DNA of 64,000 nt from a plasmid. The notes under the pieces were generated by a model. That model did not search any database and was not told where the DNA came from. It saw nothing but the letters and a program-made list of their open reading frames with translations. The stretch is from the sequence record NZ_CP041047.1; one strand, 5' to 3'. This document shows positions 54,154 through 63,989 of this stretch, one piece after another (the stretch's first letter is position 1; every line of letters begins with the position of its first letter). Position numbers and translations under genes: made by a program.

Positions 54154-55845
54154 ATGCGAACCAACATGCCAGTAACAAATTCCGAGTACATCTTGAAGGA
54201 CACGGAAACGATCGTTTCCAAGACTGATTTGAGCGGGAATATCACCTACGTTAACCAGGATTTCTGCATTATCAGCGGCTTCTCGGAAGAAGAACTAATT
54301 GGATCGCCGCAAAATATCGTGCGTCACCCGGATATGCCGGCTGAGGCGTTCAAAGATTTCTGGAGCACTATCAAGGCCGGCAAAGCGTGGACTGGCCTGG
54401 TGAAAAATCGCTGCAAGAACGGCGATTATTATTGGGTCGAGGCCAATGTCGCGCCCATGCTGGAAAACGGCAAAATGGTCGGGTACACATCGATTCGCGT
54501 CAAGCCCAGCCGGGAGCAGGTAGCTGCCGCTGACAAAGCCTATCGCACGATCAAAAGTGGCAGCAACGAACTTCAGGTGCACGAAGGCTCGGTCGTCGCG
54601 CGCTCATTCTTCCGGCGCTTCGACTGGCTGGCGATCCTGTCGATCAGATCGAAAATCATGCTGTCGTCCGGGCTGCTGACGCTTCTGTTCATTGCAAACC
54701 TGGTCTTCTCGGCTTCTGGAAACAAGCAATTCGACGCATGGTCGAGCGCCGCTTCCATCCTCGGCATCGTCCTGGGCCTGGTGTCTGGATTCCTGCTGTA
54801 CCGCGCCGTCGTCGTGCCGCTGCAAAACGTCAAGCATGACATCGAACGGATGAGCGCGGGCGACCTGAGCGCCAAGATCGACGCCAATGGCGACGATGAG
54901 CTGGCGCAGATGATCCAATCGCTGCGCGTGCTGCAAACTAATGTGAAGCTATTGGTCGGCCAGATCAAGGAAGCGACCGATGTCGTCAATAGCGACGCCG
55001 CGGAAATCGCAACCGGCAATGCAGACCTGTCGGCCCGCACCGAATCGCAGGCTAGCTCACTGGAGGAAACCGCTTCCTCGATGGAAGAACTGACCAGCAC
55101 CGTGAAACAGAACGCCGACAATGCACGCGAGGCAAACCGACTGGTTGCGTCTGCATCCGAAACTGCGATAAAAGGCGGCCAGGCGGTCGGCCAGGTGGTC
55201 GGCACGATGGGGTCAATCAAGGAAAGCTCCCGCAAGATCGTCGATATCATCGGCGTCATCGACGGCATCGCGTTCCAGACCAACATCCTGGCCTTGAACG
55301 CAGCAGTCGAGGCCGCGCGCGCCGGCGAACAGGGCCGCGGCTTCGCGGTGGTAGCCGCCGAAGTGCGCAATCTTGCACAACGCTCGGCAGGCGCCGCCAA
55401 AGAAATCAAGTCCCTGATCAGCGACTCGGTCGAGAGAGTCGAGGCTGGCAGCAAGCTGGTCGACGATGCCGGCAAGACGATGGATGAGATCGTCACACAA
55501 GTCAAACAGGTTGCCGGCTACATGAGCGACATCACCTTGGCCAGCCAGGAACAAAGCGAAGGAATCGAACAAGTCAATCAAGCGATCACGCAGATGGACG
55601 AGGTGACGCAGCAAAATGCGGCGCTGGTCGAACAAGCGGCAGCCGCTGCCGAGGAAATGCAAAGCCAGGCAGGAAAACTGGCCCAGCTGGTCGACAGTTT
55701 CAAACTGGTCTCCGGTGCACAGGCAACGCGAAGTGGCAACACGCAGCCTGTTGCCATACGCGCGCCCACCCCGGTTGCACGCAAGCCTGTTGCCGCGATC
55801 CGGACGGCAACCCCGAAAAAACTTGCTCTAACCGGCAGGCGGTAG
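54154..55845 (+). CDS. PAS-domain methyl-accepting chemotaxis protein (Aer-like), foreign high-GC origin
   Basis: N-terminal PAS (NITYVNQDFCIISGF), two TM helices, HAMP, MCP signalling domain (NILALNAAVEAARAGEQGRGFAVVA). Confidence 0.8.
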   Translation: MRTNMPVTNSEYILKDTETIVSKTDLSGNITYVNQDFCIISGFSEEELIGSPQNIVRHPDMPAEAFKDFWSTIKAGKAWTGLVKNRCKNGDYYWVEANVAPMLENGKMVGYTSIRVKPSREQVAAADKAYRTIKSGSNELQVHEGSVVARSFFRRFDWLAILSIRSKIMLSSGLLTLLFIANLVFSASGNKQFDAWSSAASILGIVLGLVSGFLLYRAVVVPLQNVKHDIERMSAGDLSAKIDANGDDELAQMIQSLRVLQTNVKLLVGQIKEATDVVNSDAAEIATGNADLSARTESQASSLEETASSMEELTSTVKQNADNAREANRLVASASETAIKGGQAVGQVVGTMGSIKESSRKIVDIIGVIDGIAFQTNILALNAAVEAARAGEQGRGFAVVAAEVRNLAQRSAGAAKEIKSLISDSVERVEAGSKLVDDAGKTMDEIVTQVKQVAGYMSDITLASQEQSEGIEQVNQAITQMDEVTQQNAALVEQAAAAAEEMQSQAGKLAQLVDSFKLVSGAQATRSGNTQPVAIRAPTPVARKPVAAIRTATPKKLALTGRR

Positions 55846-55957
55846 TGCGGTAACTAGAACCAACATTTGAAACATTGCTGAATGGCGCGTCATCACCGCT
55901 TATTCTGGGAGAAATGAAATGCTAAACTCATTTACGTAGGAATCCTTGCGGTCCCCC

Positions 55958-56077
55958 ATGACCGAACAGTTCGACGCCAAGTCGGCCGAGATTCGCGCGA
56001 TGCTCAACAACCAACTCGAACCAAAGCACACGGCCGAGATCCGCGAGCGCATGCTGGCGGCGGGCTTGCCGATATAA
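55958..56077 (+). CDS. small ORF (39 aa) downstream of MCP
   Basis: ATG..TAA read directly, same GC-rich codon usage as MCP; below ORF-track cut-off. Confidence 0.2.
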   Translation: MTEQFDAKSAEIRAMLNNQLEPKHTAEIRERMLAAGLPI

Positions 56078-56079
56078 GC

Positions 56080-56260
56080 CATCATTTGCAGTTAGCGTGA
56101 GCCGACGGCGGTGAAATGCGAGCTGGCGCCATCGACTGCAAGCTCGTTTGCAGATATTGAGAGCATGTGCGCTCCGTCATTTGCAGTTAATTCGAGCCGA
56201 AACCGGTGTCAAATGCGAGCACGGCCGATTTCAAACGCGAGCCGCTACAGCTAAGCCCCT
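56080..56260. repeat. imperfect direct repeats (TCATTTGCAGTTA and AAATGCGAGC, twice each)
   Basis: read directly: catttgcagttagcgtgagccgacggcggtgaaatgcgagc ... catttgcagttaattcgagccgaaaccggtgtcaaatgcgagc. Confidence 0.5.
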
Positions 56261-56360
56261 CCTTTTTTTTAACAGTGGCAGGGACTGCTAAAAATGAATG
56301 ATGGTAGGCGGGATTTCTCAATAAGGAACTAACATGGCTGACTGGTTTATTGCGACTGAG

Positions 56361-57180
56361 GGCACTGTTGCAAAGTTAGCGATGAGGCAGCCTTTTGTCT
56401 TATTCAAAGGCCTTACATTTCAAAAACTCTGCTTACCAGGCGCATTTCGCCCAGGGGATCACCATAATAAAATGCTGAGGCCTGGCCTTTGCGTAGTGCA
56501 CGCATCACCTCAATACCTTTGATGGTGGCGTAAGCCGTCTTCATGGATTTAAATCCCAGCGTGGCGCCGATTATCCGTTTCAGTTTGCCATGATCGCATT
56601 CAATCACGTTGTTCCGGTACTTAATCTGTCGGTGTTCAACGTCAGACGGGCACCGGCCTTCGCGTTTGAGCAGAGCAAGCGCGCGACCATAGGCGGGCGC
56701 TTTATCCGTGTTGATGAATCGCGGGATCTGCCACTTCTTCACGTTGTTGAGGATTTTACCCAGAAACCGGTATGCAGCTTTGCTGTTACGACGGGAGGAG
56801 AGATAAAAATCGACAGTGCGGCCCCGGCTGTCGACGGCCCGGTACAGATACGCCCAGCGGCCATTGACCTTCACGTAGGTTTCATCCATGTGCCACGGGC
56901 AAAGATCGGAAGGGTTACGCCAGTACCAGCGCAGCCGTTTTTCCATTTCAGGCGCATAACGCTGAACCCAGCGGTAAATCGTGGAGTGATCGACATTCAC
57001 TCCGCGTTCAGCCAGCATCTCCTGCAGCTCACGGTAACTGATGCCGTATTTGCAGTACCAGCGTACGGCCCACAGAATGATGTCACGCTGAAAATGCCGG
57101 CCTTTGAATGGGTTCATGTGCAGCTCCATCAGCAAAAGGGGATGATAAGTTTATCACCACCGACTATTTGCAACAGTGCC
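56361..57180 (-). mobile_element. IS26 (copy 2), inverted relative to copy 1
   Basis: IRs GGCACTGTTGCAAA / TTTGCAACAGTGCC; truncates an ORF start (MADWFIATE) at 56334-56360. Confidence 0.95.
56413..57117 (-). CDS. tnpA: IS26 transposase Tnp26
   Basis: 234 aa canonical Tnp26. Confidence 0.95.
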   Translation of the reverse strand: MNPFKGRHFQRDIILWAVRWYCKYGISYRELQEMLAERGVNVDHSTIYRWVQRYAPEMEKRLRWYWRNPSDLCPWHMDETYVKVNGRWAYLYRAVDSRGRTVDFYLSSRRNSKAAYRFLGKILNNVKKWQIPRFINTDKAPAYGRALALLKREGRCPSDVEHRQIKYRNNVIECDHGKLKRIIGATLGFKSMKTAYATIKGIEVMRALRKGQASAFYYGDPLGEMRLVSRVFEM

Positions 57181-57216
57181 AAAAATACCCTCAGCAATTA
57201 GTGTACTGAGGGTATT
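57181..57216 (-). terminator. nhaA rho-independent terminator
   Basis: AATACCCTCAG...CTGAGGGTATT hairpin followed by U-run on minus strand. Confidence 0.65.
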
Positions 57217-57309
57217 GTTAACCATCCGTAGGATCGTTCAACTGATCAATGCCTTAACTGATCGGTGTTATCCCGATTGGGAGGCTTTACAAAATAGCTC
57301 ATTTTTATC

Positions 57310-58461
57310 TTACGCTTGCGCTTTCTTAGGCAAAGAAAAGTGCAGTAAGGCATAGCCAAGTAATGCTGCTGTCGTAGAACCCATTAAGATACCGAGTCGA
57401 GCATAGGTATCAAATTCAGGACTTACATTTCCGAACGCTAAAGAGGAAATGAAGATAGACATTGTAAAGCCAATACCACACAACACAGATACCGCAAAGA
57501 TATGCTTGAAGTTAACGCCTTCAGGTAACTTAGCAACGCCCATTTTTACCGCTGCCCAGCTAAAGGTAAAGATACCTAGAGGCTTACCAACCAGTAGACC
57601 CAAAGCAATACCGAGTGGCAGCATTGAAGTTAGACCTGACATCGATACGCCTTCTAACGAAATCCCCGCATTGGCAAATGCGAATAGAGGCAGAATACCA
57701 AATGCCACGTATGGGTGAAGCGCGTGCTCCATATGTTTAAGTGGAGAATGTTCGCCCTGCTTTCCCTTTAGTGGGATAGCAAAACCAATCACTACACCTG
57801 CCAATGTTGCGTGAACACCAGATTTAAGCACCGCGAACCATAAGATCGCACCGACGATCATGTATGGCGTAAGTTTTGTTACTTCCTTCGCATTCAACAT
57901 GAATAGGACACCAGTCATGATGAAGCCAACAAGCAACGCCATGGTCGACAGGTCACCGGTGTAAAATAGCGCGATAATAACAACTACACCTAAATCATCG
58001 ATGATAGCAACCGCCAGCAAGAACACTTTTAGGCTTACTGGTACACGCTTACCTAATAACGCCATGATACCTAAAGCAAAAGCGATATCTGTCGCCGCTG
58101 GAATTGCCCAACCAGAAATCGCCTCAGGATCGTTGGCATTAAAGGCTACGTAAATAAGAGCAGGAGTTAATATACCGCCAACCGCTGCAATCGCAGGGAA
58201 AATTGCGGTTTCTTTTGATTTTAACGCACCTTCAAGCAGCTCTCGCTTAACTTCAAGGCCAATGAGTAAGAAGAAAACAGCCATTAGGCCGTCATTAATC
58301 CAGTGAGAAACTGACATACCAAATACATAAGTATGCAGTACAGATTGATAAGTTTCGCCCAGCGGTGAGTTAGCAATGGTCATCGCAATTGCCGCGGCAA
58401 TCACGAGAAGAATACCACCAGCTGATTCCATTTTGAAAAAGTCACGAATGACATCGTTCAT
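57310..58461 (-). CDS. nhaA: Na+/H+ antiporter NhaA (Vibrio-like)
   Basis: [34 protein letters not shown]... full-length NhaA, 383 aa. Confidence 0.9.
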   Translation of the reverse strand: MNDVIRDFFKMESAGGILLVIAAAIAMTIANSPLGETYQSVLHTYVFGMSVSHWINDGLMAVFFLLIGLEVKRELLEGALKSKETAIFPAIAAVGGILTPALIYVAFNANDPEAISGWAIPAATDIAFALGIMALLGKRVPVSLKVFLLAVAIIDDLGVVVIIALFYTGDLSTMALLVGFIMTGVLFMLNAKEVTKLTPYMIVGAILWFAVLKSGVHATLAGVVIGFAIPLKGKQGEHSPLKHMEHALHPYVAFGILPLFAFANAGISLEGVSMSGLTSMLPLGIALGLLVGKPLGIFTFSWAAVKMGVAKLPEGVNFKHIFAVSVLCGIGFTMSIFISSLAFGNVSPEFDTYARLGILMGSTTAALLGYALLHFSLPKKAQA

Positions 58462-58586
58462 GGTTTCGTCCTTATATTTATTATCTTAATAAACGATTAA
58501 CAAAGAATGATAAGAGTGTATAGCGGTCGAAAACTTTAGAATAATTGAATCGCCACGGATAATCTAGACACTTCCGAGCCGTTGAT

Positions 58587-58865
58587 TGGACTGACCCCAC
58601 GCCCGTAGACAAATTCTGTCCTCACGACGAGGCCTGTTCGAAGGCCTCCGGACTGACGCCGCCGAGGTGACTGTGGCGCCGGGCCCGGTTGTAGAACACT
58701 TCAATGTAATCGAAGATATCCGCCCGGGCTAGATCCCGGGTTTTGTATATTCTCTTCCTGATGCGCTCTTTTTTCAGTGAACTGAAGAACGATTCGGCCA
58801 CCGCATTATCCCAGCAGTTGCCACGCCGGCTCATGCTCGGGACCAGGTTATTAGCCCGGCAGAAG
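58587..58865 (-). mobile_element. IS3-family element remnant (right end and OrfB C-terminus), truncated by IS1
   Basis: OrfB C-terminal rve segment [19 protein letters not shown]...[19 protein letters not shown]; terminal TGGACTGACCCC-like end near 58587. Confidence 0.6.
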
Positions 58866-58920
58866 GGTGATGCTGCCAACTTACTGATTTAGTGTATGAT
58901 GGTGTTTTTGAGGTGCTCCA

Positions 58921-59196
58921 GTGGCTTCTGTTTCTATCAGCTGTCCCTCCTGTTCAGCTACTGACGGGGTGGTGCGTAACGGCAAAAGCACTGCCGGACA
59001 TCAGCGCTATCTCTGCTCTCACTGCCGTAAAACATGGCAACTGCAGTTCACTTACACCGCTTCTCAACCCGGTACGCACCAGAAAATCATTGATATGGCC
59101 ATGAATGGCGTTGGATGCCGGGCAACCGCCCGCATTATGGGCGTTGGCCTCAACACGATTTTCCGCCATTTAAAAAACTCAGGCCGCAGTCGGTAA
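58921..59196 (+). CDS. insA: IS1 InsA
   Basis: [23 protein letters not shown]... Confidence 0.9.
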   Translation: MASVSISCPSCSATDGVVRNGKSTAGHQRYLCSHCRKTWQLQFTYTASQPGTHQKIIDMAMNGVGCRATARIMGVGLNTIFRHLKNSGRSR

Positions 59197-59618
59197 CCTC
59201 GCGCATACAGCCGGGCAGTGACGTCATCGTCTGCGCGGAAATGGACGAACAGTGGGGATACGTCGGGGCTAAATCGCGCCAGCGCTGGCTGTTTTACGCG
59301 TATGACAGGCTCCGGAAGACGGTTGTGGCGCACGTATTCGGTGAACGCACTATGGCGACGCTGGGGCGTCTTATGAGCCTGCTGTCACCCTTTGACGTGG
59401 TGATATGGATGACGGATGGCTGGCCGCTGTATGAATCCCGCCTGAAGGGAAAGCTGCACGTAATCAGCAAGCGATATACGCAGCGAATTGAGCGGCATAA
59501 CCTGAATCTGAGGCAGCACCTGGCACGGCTGGGACGGAAGTCGCTGTCGTTCTCAAAATCGGTGGAGCTGCATGACAAAGTCATCGGGCATTATCTGAAC
59601 ATAAAACACTATCAATAA
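59115..59618 (+). CDS. insB: IS1 InsB (expressed as InsAB' by frameshift)
   Basis: canonical InsB sequence. Confidence 0.85.
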   Translation: MPGNRPHYGRWPQHDFPPFKKLRPQSVTSRIQPGSDVIVCAEMDEQWGYVGAKSRQRWLFYAYDRLRKTVVAHVFGERTMATLGRLMSLLSPFDVVIWMTDGWPLYESRLKGKLHVISKRYTQRIERHNLNLRQHLARLGRKSLSFSKSVELHDKVIGHYLNIKHYQ

Positions 59619-59633
59619 GTTGGAGTTATTACC

Positions 59634-59800
59634 GAGCTCTCCATGATTTATATGCAGAACTTCAGCGAATTTGGCCACAGGTGGAAGAGTATTATACTCA
59701 GATGCCAACATACCAAATGGAACGTGAGTTTTACGCTGAACTCGTGCAAATAAAGATAAAGGCTGAAGAGTACCTACGTAGAACTAAGCAGGAACAATAA
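59634..59800 (+). pseudogene. 3' remnant of a gene truncated by IS1
   Basis: open frame ...ELQRIWPQVEEYYTQMPTYQMEREFYAELVQIKIKAEEYLRRTKQEQ* starting at the IS1 edge. Confidence 0.3.
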
Positions 59801-59805
59801 AACAA

Positions 59806-59831
59806 TTCGTTTTTGGGGAGCCCGGTGGGCT
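59806..59831 (+). terminator. rho-independent terminator
   Basis: GGGGAGCCCGGTGGGCTCC hairpin followed by TTTTTT. Confidence 0.65.
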
Positions 59832-59915
59832 CCTTTTTTGTGATGGTTCAATCCGGTGACGTGGGGTTACCGAGCTGGCGCATTCCCACGATTCGCACCT
59901 GATGGATTACCGGTT

Positions 59916-61529
59916 TTACTTGGTCAGTTCTAACCGGCGCTGATAACGCTCCCAGCGCATGACGAGATTCGCCGGGTCTATCGGACGGCAAAGCCCGGTA
60001 ATCACATGGCCATCGTATTGCTGCAAATCGGGATCTTCGGCCTGCGCGACAGGGTCAACGTGGACGGTCAACGTCTCCGGGCAAATGGCAAGGACGTTGT
60101 CGTCAAACAGCCGGTGCAGATCGATACGAAGCAGCAAGCCATTACTCCAGTGATCCAGACCACCAGCACTATGCTCTACCAGGTGTGCGGCCTCTGTCCT
60201 GCGGCGTAAGCTTGCTCCTGTAATCACGCAGCGGTCGTTACAGTTTCGACGGACGGTAGCAGCGAAATCAGCCTGATCCGGCCTGGTCACCACGCAGGTT
60301 GTAGAGCCTTCACGTTTAGGGTGCGCCAGGGGCGCAACAGACGGTTCCTGCATGGAGACGCGGGATTGTTCAACTTCGACGGAGATCAGGGCTGGCTGGG
60401 GTGCTGGCTGCGATTCTCGCACTACATCGTGCGTAATGCCGTTGGTTTCCGCTTCTTTAAGCTTTCCGACCTGGCTTGCTGCGGCCAGCGCACGGTCACG
60501 CGCTTCCTGCTTTTCTTCCTTCGTCCATTTACGTTTGGCAGGTTCGTGTGTGGGAGCCGGGAGATTATCTGGTTCATTGACCGGCACAGGGTCAACCATC
60601 TTTTTGCCTTGCATTGACTCAGCCATAAACCGGCGAGCCAGCACATCAGCGCGTAGTCCCGTATCGCGATGCTCATAAAGATAGGTGCGAAATTCCGTCA
60701 CACGTCCGCCCACCAGCTTAATGGCCTCACTCATTCCGGCCTTGTTGATGGAAGCGCTACTGGTTTTCAGGTTGGGCAAACCGTACTGACGTGGGTTTTC
60801 TTTCTGGGTGCTTTCAGCGCCGGTCAGACGGCTCTCTCTGATTTTTCCATTATGCCGGGTCGGTGAATCGCCATTCGGATGTTCAGGAGATCGCCAGGTG
60901 TCTGCGGGAGGCGTATACGTTGTACCGTTCTTCTGGGCCATGTAGGCGAGCACTTCCCGCATATCAACACGGGTCTTTTTGCGCTCGGCAATACCTTCAT
61001 CAATCTGACGTTCAAGATCCGCTCGCTTCTCTTTGTGCAGGCGGCGCGATTCCAGTACGGTTTCGTTATCATTCAGGCGTTCTACTATCTCACCGGTATT
61101 TAAATTCTGGTTTGCCAGTTCGCGCACCATGCTCAGCACTAAATCGCCCATTGGATGCCGGGTTGTGATACCCAGGCGCTCAAACGCCCGGTTGGTGATC
61201 TCGTTTCTGCGGGTTTGATTGGCCAGTTCCGTGATCTTCTTCAGGCGCTCGATTTCGGCAAGCTGTGCCCGCTTCATCAATTCGCTGCCGGTTAGCATGG
61301 CAACAATCTGAACCTGACTCTCACCCTTCAGTAAGTGCTCGGTGATGAATGTAGAAAGAGCTGCCCGCCCACCGTGATTTTTAGGGATACCCAGCGTGGC
61401 CAGAATGTCTCTCTTTAGAATATTACGCAGGTTAGCGGCCTTTTTTTCCGCTTCATGTTTGGCCTGCATGTCCCGGCTATGCTGCTTACGTTCGGCCCGG
61501 GTTTTCTTCACCTTCACTTTCGTCGTCAC
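59916..61529 (-). CDS. prophage-like protein with C-terminal HNH nuclease domain
   Basis: 537 aa; C-terminal AAHLVEHSAGGLDHWSNGLLLRIDLHRLFD HNH motif; lysine-rich N-terminus. Confidence 0.5.
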   Translation of the reverse strand: MTTKVKVKKTRAERKQHSRDMQAKHEAEKKAANLRNILKRDILATLGIPKNHGGRAALSTFITEHLLKGESQVQIVAMLTGSELMKRAQLAEIERLKKITELANQTRRNEITNRAFERLGITTRHPMGDLVLSMVRELANQNLNTGEIVERLNDNETVLESRRLHKEKRADLERQIDEGIAERKKTRVDMREVLAYMAQKNGTTYTPPADTWRSPEHPNGDSPTRHNGKIRESRLTGAESTQKENPRQYGLPNLKTSSASINKAGMSEAIKLVGGRVTEFRTYLYEHRDTGLRADVLARRFMAESMQGKKMVDPVPVNEPDNLPAPTHEPAKRKWTKEEKQEARDRALAAASQVGKLKEAETNGITHDVVRESQPAPQPALISVEVEQSRVSMQEPSVAPLAHPKREGSTTCVVTRPDQADFAATVRRNCNDRCVITGASLRRRTEAAHLVEHSAGGLDHWSNGLLLRIDLHRLFDDNVLAICPETLTVHVDPVAQAEDPDLQQYDGHVITGLCRPIDPANLVMRWERYQRRLELTK

Positions 61530-61681
61530 TACTCTTTACCTGGCAGGGCATCATCATCATTGATACCGGTCGCGGAGGCCTGCGGTCGTTACCTATCCCC
61601 CGCCGCTGGCCGCACATTTGATGGCGAGAGTATACCTGCTCTGTCGGCAGCGCGTCTTTTCTTGTCTTCATATATGCAAAA

Positions 61682-62413
61682 TTAGTCCAACATACAAAAG
61701 CGATCAGGGTCAACACCCCCGCGTCCACCCTGCAAAGCGCCCTTGACCTTAATACCCACTGAAACCCTCGCGCCCCCGGCCCCTCTTTTTTTTCTCTTTT
61801 TTTCTCTCTTTTTCTCATATTTTCTCGCATGGCTCATCCAGCGACCGGAGTCCCTATGTGGGGTTTGCAGGAACCGGACGGAAAGACCGGCACGGCCCGG
61901 TTGCCGCAGGCGGGGGAAATGGCCAGACCGGGCACGGCGGTTTCTTTTTAAAATGGTGGGCCCGGGCAGAATGGTTACCCCGGGCACGGGCCCGATCCTG
62001 AAAACGACACGGAGGTTTCAGGTACGGCTCCCCTTTCTGCCCCAAGCGAAGCGCAGGGGCAGAAAGGGGAAGTTTATTTGTATGTTGGACTAATAGAGGG
62101 TGATGTACGTGAATTCTGCCCGGGTTTTCCCGGCGATTATCCCGGAATCCATCACCGATATTCTTCCCTTTATCCTAATACCGGTGATGGCCACCGGCAC
62201 AAAATGCAGGGTGTTCCGGCCCGGCGAAGATGCGGCCGCAAACCAGCACGAAAGTGTCGGTCGGAAAAAGGTGAAGCCAATGCTGGTGGCCGCACGGAAT
62301 TCAGGCGGGCACTCGACGTTACTCACCCACGACTCCGGGTTAACGGTTCGACTCCGGGTAGCCTGGCCCGGGTGAAGCCCGGGGCAGGCTACCCTGTTTT
62401 TGTATGTTGGACT
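61682..62413. repeat. GC-rich ORF-poor segment with three copies of 16-bp repeat TAGTCCAACATACAAA (one inverted, two direct)
   Basis: copies at 61682-61699, 62076-62093 (inverted) and 62396-62413; internal CT-rich tract 61786-61835 and multiple GC hairpins. Confidence 0.6.
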
Positions 62414-62586
62414 ATTTTGACGGGTACTGGAGCAAACCACTCTGCCACACGATATGGCATTTAGTTACCGCTCTTGCGGTTCATGGATGAAATAGTCGGT
62501 TCTGTCAGGAGGGAGTCAGGGAAATGTGAAGAACCGAAATGGCCACGCTGAAAGATCATGTAGCCAGTTCAGATAAGCAAATTGAG

Positions 62587-62805
62587 TTAACGCCCTCGCT
62601 CATACCGCACCAGCTCTTCAGGTTTAGACAACCACTCTGTAATCTGGTGATCATGCATTGACGTATCGTATTCAAAGTCTGGCGGATAATACATATCGCC
62701 AACAAACCACTCTTCCTGCTTTAATTCATCCTCATCTATATCACAACCGCTATCAAGCCAGTCCCATCGGCCTCTTTTGTTAAAAATCACTCTCCCATTC
62801 GGCAT
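62587..62805 (-). CDS. hypothetical small protein (prophage-like)
   Basis: 72-aa ORF. Confidence 0.35.
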   Translation of the reverse strand: MPNGRVIFNKRGRWDWLDSGCDIDEDELKQEEWFVGDMYYPPDFEYDTSMHDHQITEWLSKPEELVRYERGR

Positions 62806-63087
62806 AAAAGCTCCTTATTCAGTCAGATGGTTACGGTCTCGATATCTCGATGCCAGGTTAACATCGTTCACCAGTTTTACCACGGCTGGACGTTCGGCTT
62901 CAGTCCAGGAATCAGGCTGATAGTACACCCGCAGCGATTATCATCAAACTACTTCGCCTCTCAATCCCGCGCTCTCAAATTTCTGTTATGCATCATGCCA
63001 GAGTACAATATGAGGACACTATCGCCGGAATATTACCGACCGCCCCGACGATTAACGTTACCGGCCTAAGCTGAGGAAAATGGTTCT

Positions 63088-63411
63088 ATGAAGTCATTTC
63101 TGATCAAAATGTCAAACGCGCATAACGAACACATCCGGGAAGTCGCTTCCGTGGATGAAGCTATTCGTATCGCATCCGAAAGAGCAAATGAAGGTTTCTG
63201 GCTTCCACCCAGCCGGGTCTGCGAAATGAGCAAGGAACATGAAGGCCGGTATACAGTCGGTGATGATGGCTGGTTCCGCCCCATCGAGCTGGCGGTTCCA
63301 GTCGAAATAGAAGAAGTGAAGTCGTCCTACGGGAACGGTGGTTACGACATGATTTCCGTAGGCAAATGGATCCAGACTCAATCAGGCTGGCAACCGTCAC
63401 CGGCTGTCTGA
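63088..63411 (+). CDS. hypothetical protein
   Basis: 107-aa ORF with GAGGAAAATGG-type RBS. Confidence 0.35.
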   Translation: MKSFLIKMSNAHNEHIREVASVDEAIRIASERANEGFWLPPSRVCEMSKEHEGRYTVGDDGWFRPIELAVPVEIEEVKSSYGNGGYDMISVGKWIQTQSGWQPSPAV

Positions 63412-63446
63412 CTCTCCTTTTGTTTCGGTGGGGCTAGAGTGCCCCA

Positions 63447-63989
63447 CTATTCTTCCGCTTTACGCTCGCGTTTTTCTTTGTCGCACTTCACTTTTTCATA
63501 AGCCTTGCCAAACCACTTAGGCTCTTTTCCCATCCCCGAATAAGATAGTCCTTCCGGCAGACTCTTCCAGAACACCGTTATCGCCTCGGCAAATTCTCTA
63601 AACTGTTCCTCGGAAACTTCAAGTTCTTCGTGGCGAGCTGGTCTCTCTTGCGGATAACCTTCGCATTGCCATACTGAGTAGTACTCCGGGTGAGCATTAA
63701 CCAGTTTCTGGTGGGCATCACCATCTCCATGTTTATAAACGTTGACAACCTGATGACATGCACTGATTAACGGGAAACATGGCATGTTTCGTACTTCAAT
63801 ACCCAGCCATTCCATCAAATCCATAAGCCTCGGAAAACTGAGGTTCCAGATCAAATCTGATATCACAACCATGTCGAGCCACCGCCAGCTTCTGGCCTCC
63901 CGGATAAGCAGATCTCGTAATGCCTTGTCAAACTGGTGGTACATCCCAGCGGTCAGGGAAAGCGTGACCGTGACCTTCATTTCCCGCAA
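63447..63989 (-). CDS. hypothetical protein (prophage-like); may extend beyond window
   Basis: 180-aa ORF near window edge. Confidence 0.4.
   Translation of the reverse strand: MREMKVTVTLSLTAGMYHQFDKALRDLLIREARSWRWLDMVVISDLIWNLSFPRLMDLMEWLGIEVRNMPCFPLISACHQVVNVYKHGDGDAHQKLVNAHPEYYSVWQCEGYPQERPARHEELEVSEEQFREFAEAITVFWKSLPEGLSYSGMGKEPKWFGKAYEKVKCDKEKRERKAEE

Larger units (their letters stand above)
58866..59633 (+). mobile_element. IS1, 768 bp
   Basis: IRs GGTGATGCTGCCAACTTACTGAT ... TTGGAGTTATTACC; InsA and InsB reading frames; no 9-bp target duplication. Confidence 0.95.

Noticed and set aside
54573-55505. 310-aa minus-strand ORF inside the MCP gene, plus nested ORFs
   Set aside because: Ser/Ala-rich low-complexity translation of the antisense strand of a GC-rich gene.
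53064-57188. Target-site duplications for the IS26 copies (and 9-bp TSD for IS1)
   Set aside because: Flanking 8-mers (ATTTATCC / ACTTTTTG / CGACTGAG / AAAAATAC) do not match in any combination. The IS1 flanks differ as well.
58462-58620. Possible fluoride riboswitch upstream of nhaA (GGCGAUUC...)
   Set aside because: Lacks the GAUGG core and the AAUGAnnCCUAC 3' block.
62341-62375. tRNA-like GGTTCGACTCC string
   Set aside because: No acceptor or anticodon arms can be built around it. It is part of a long hairpin.
61486-62464. Several overlapping ORFs on both strands in the GC-rich repeat segment
   Set aside because: Pro/Arg/Gly-rich translations typical of GC-rich non-coding DNA.
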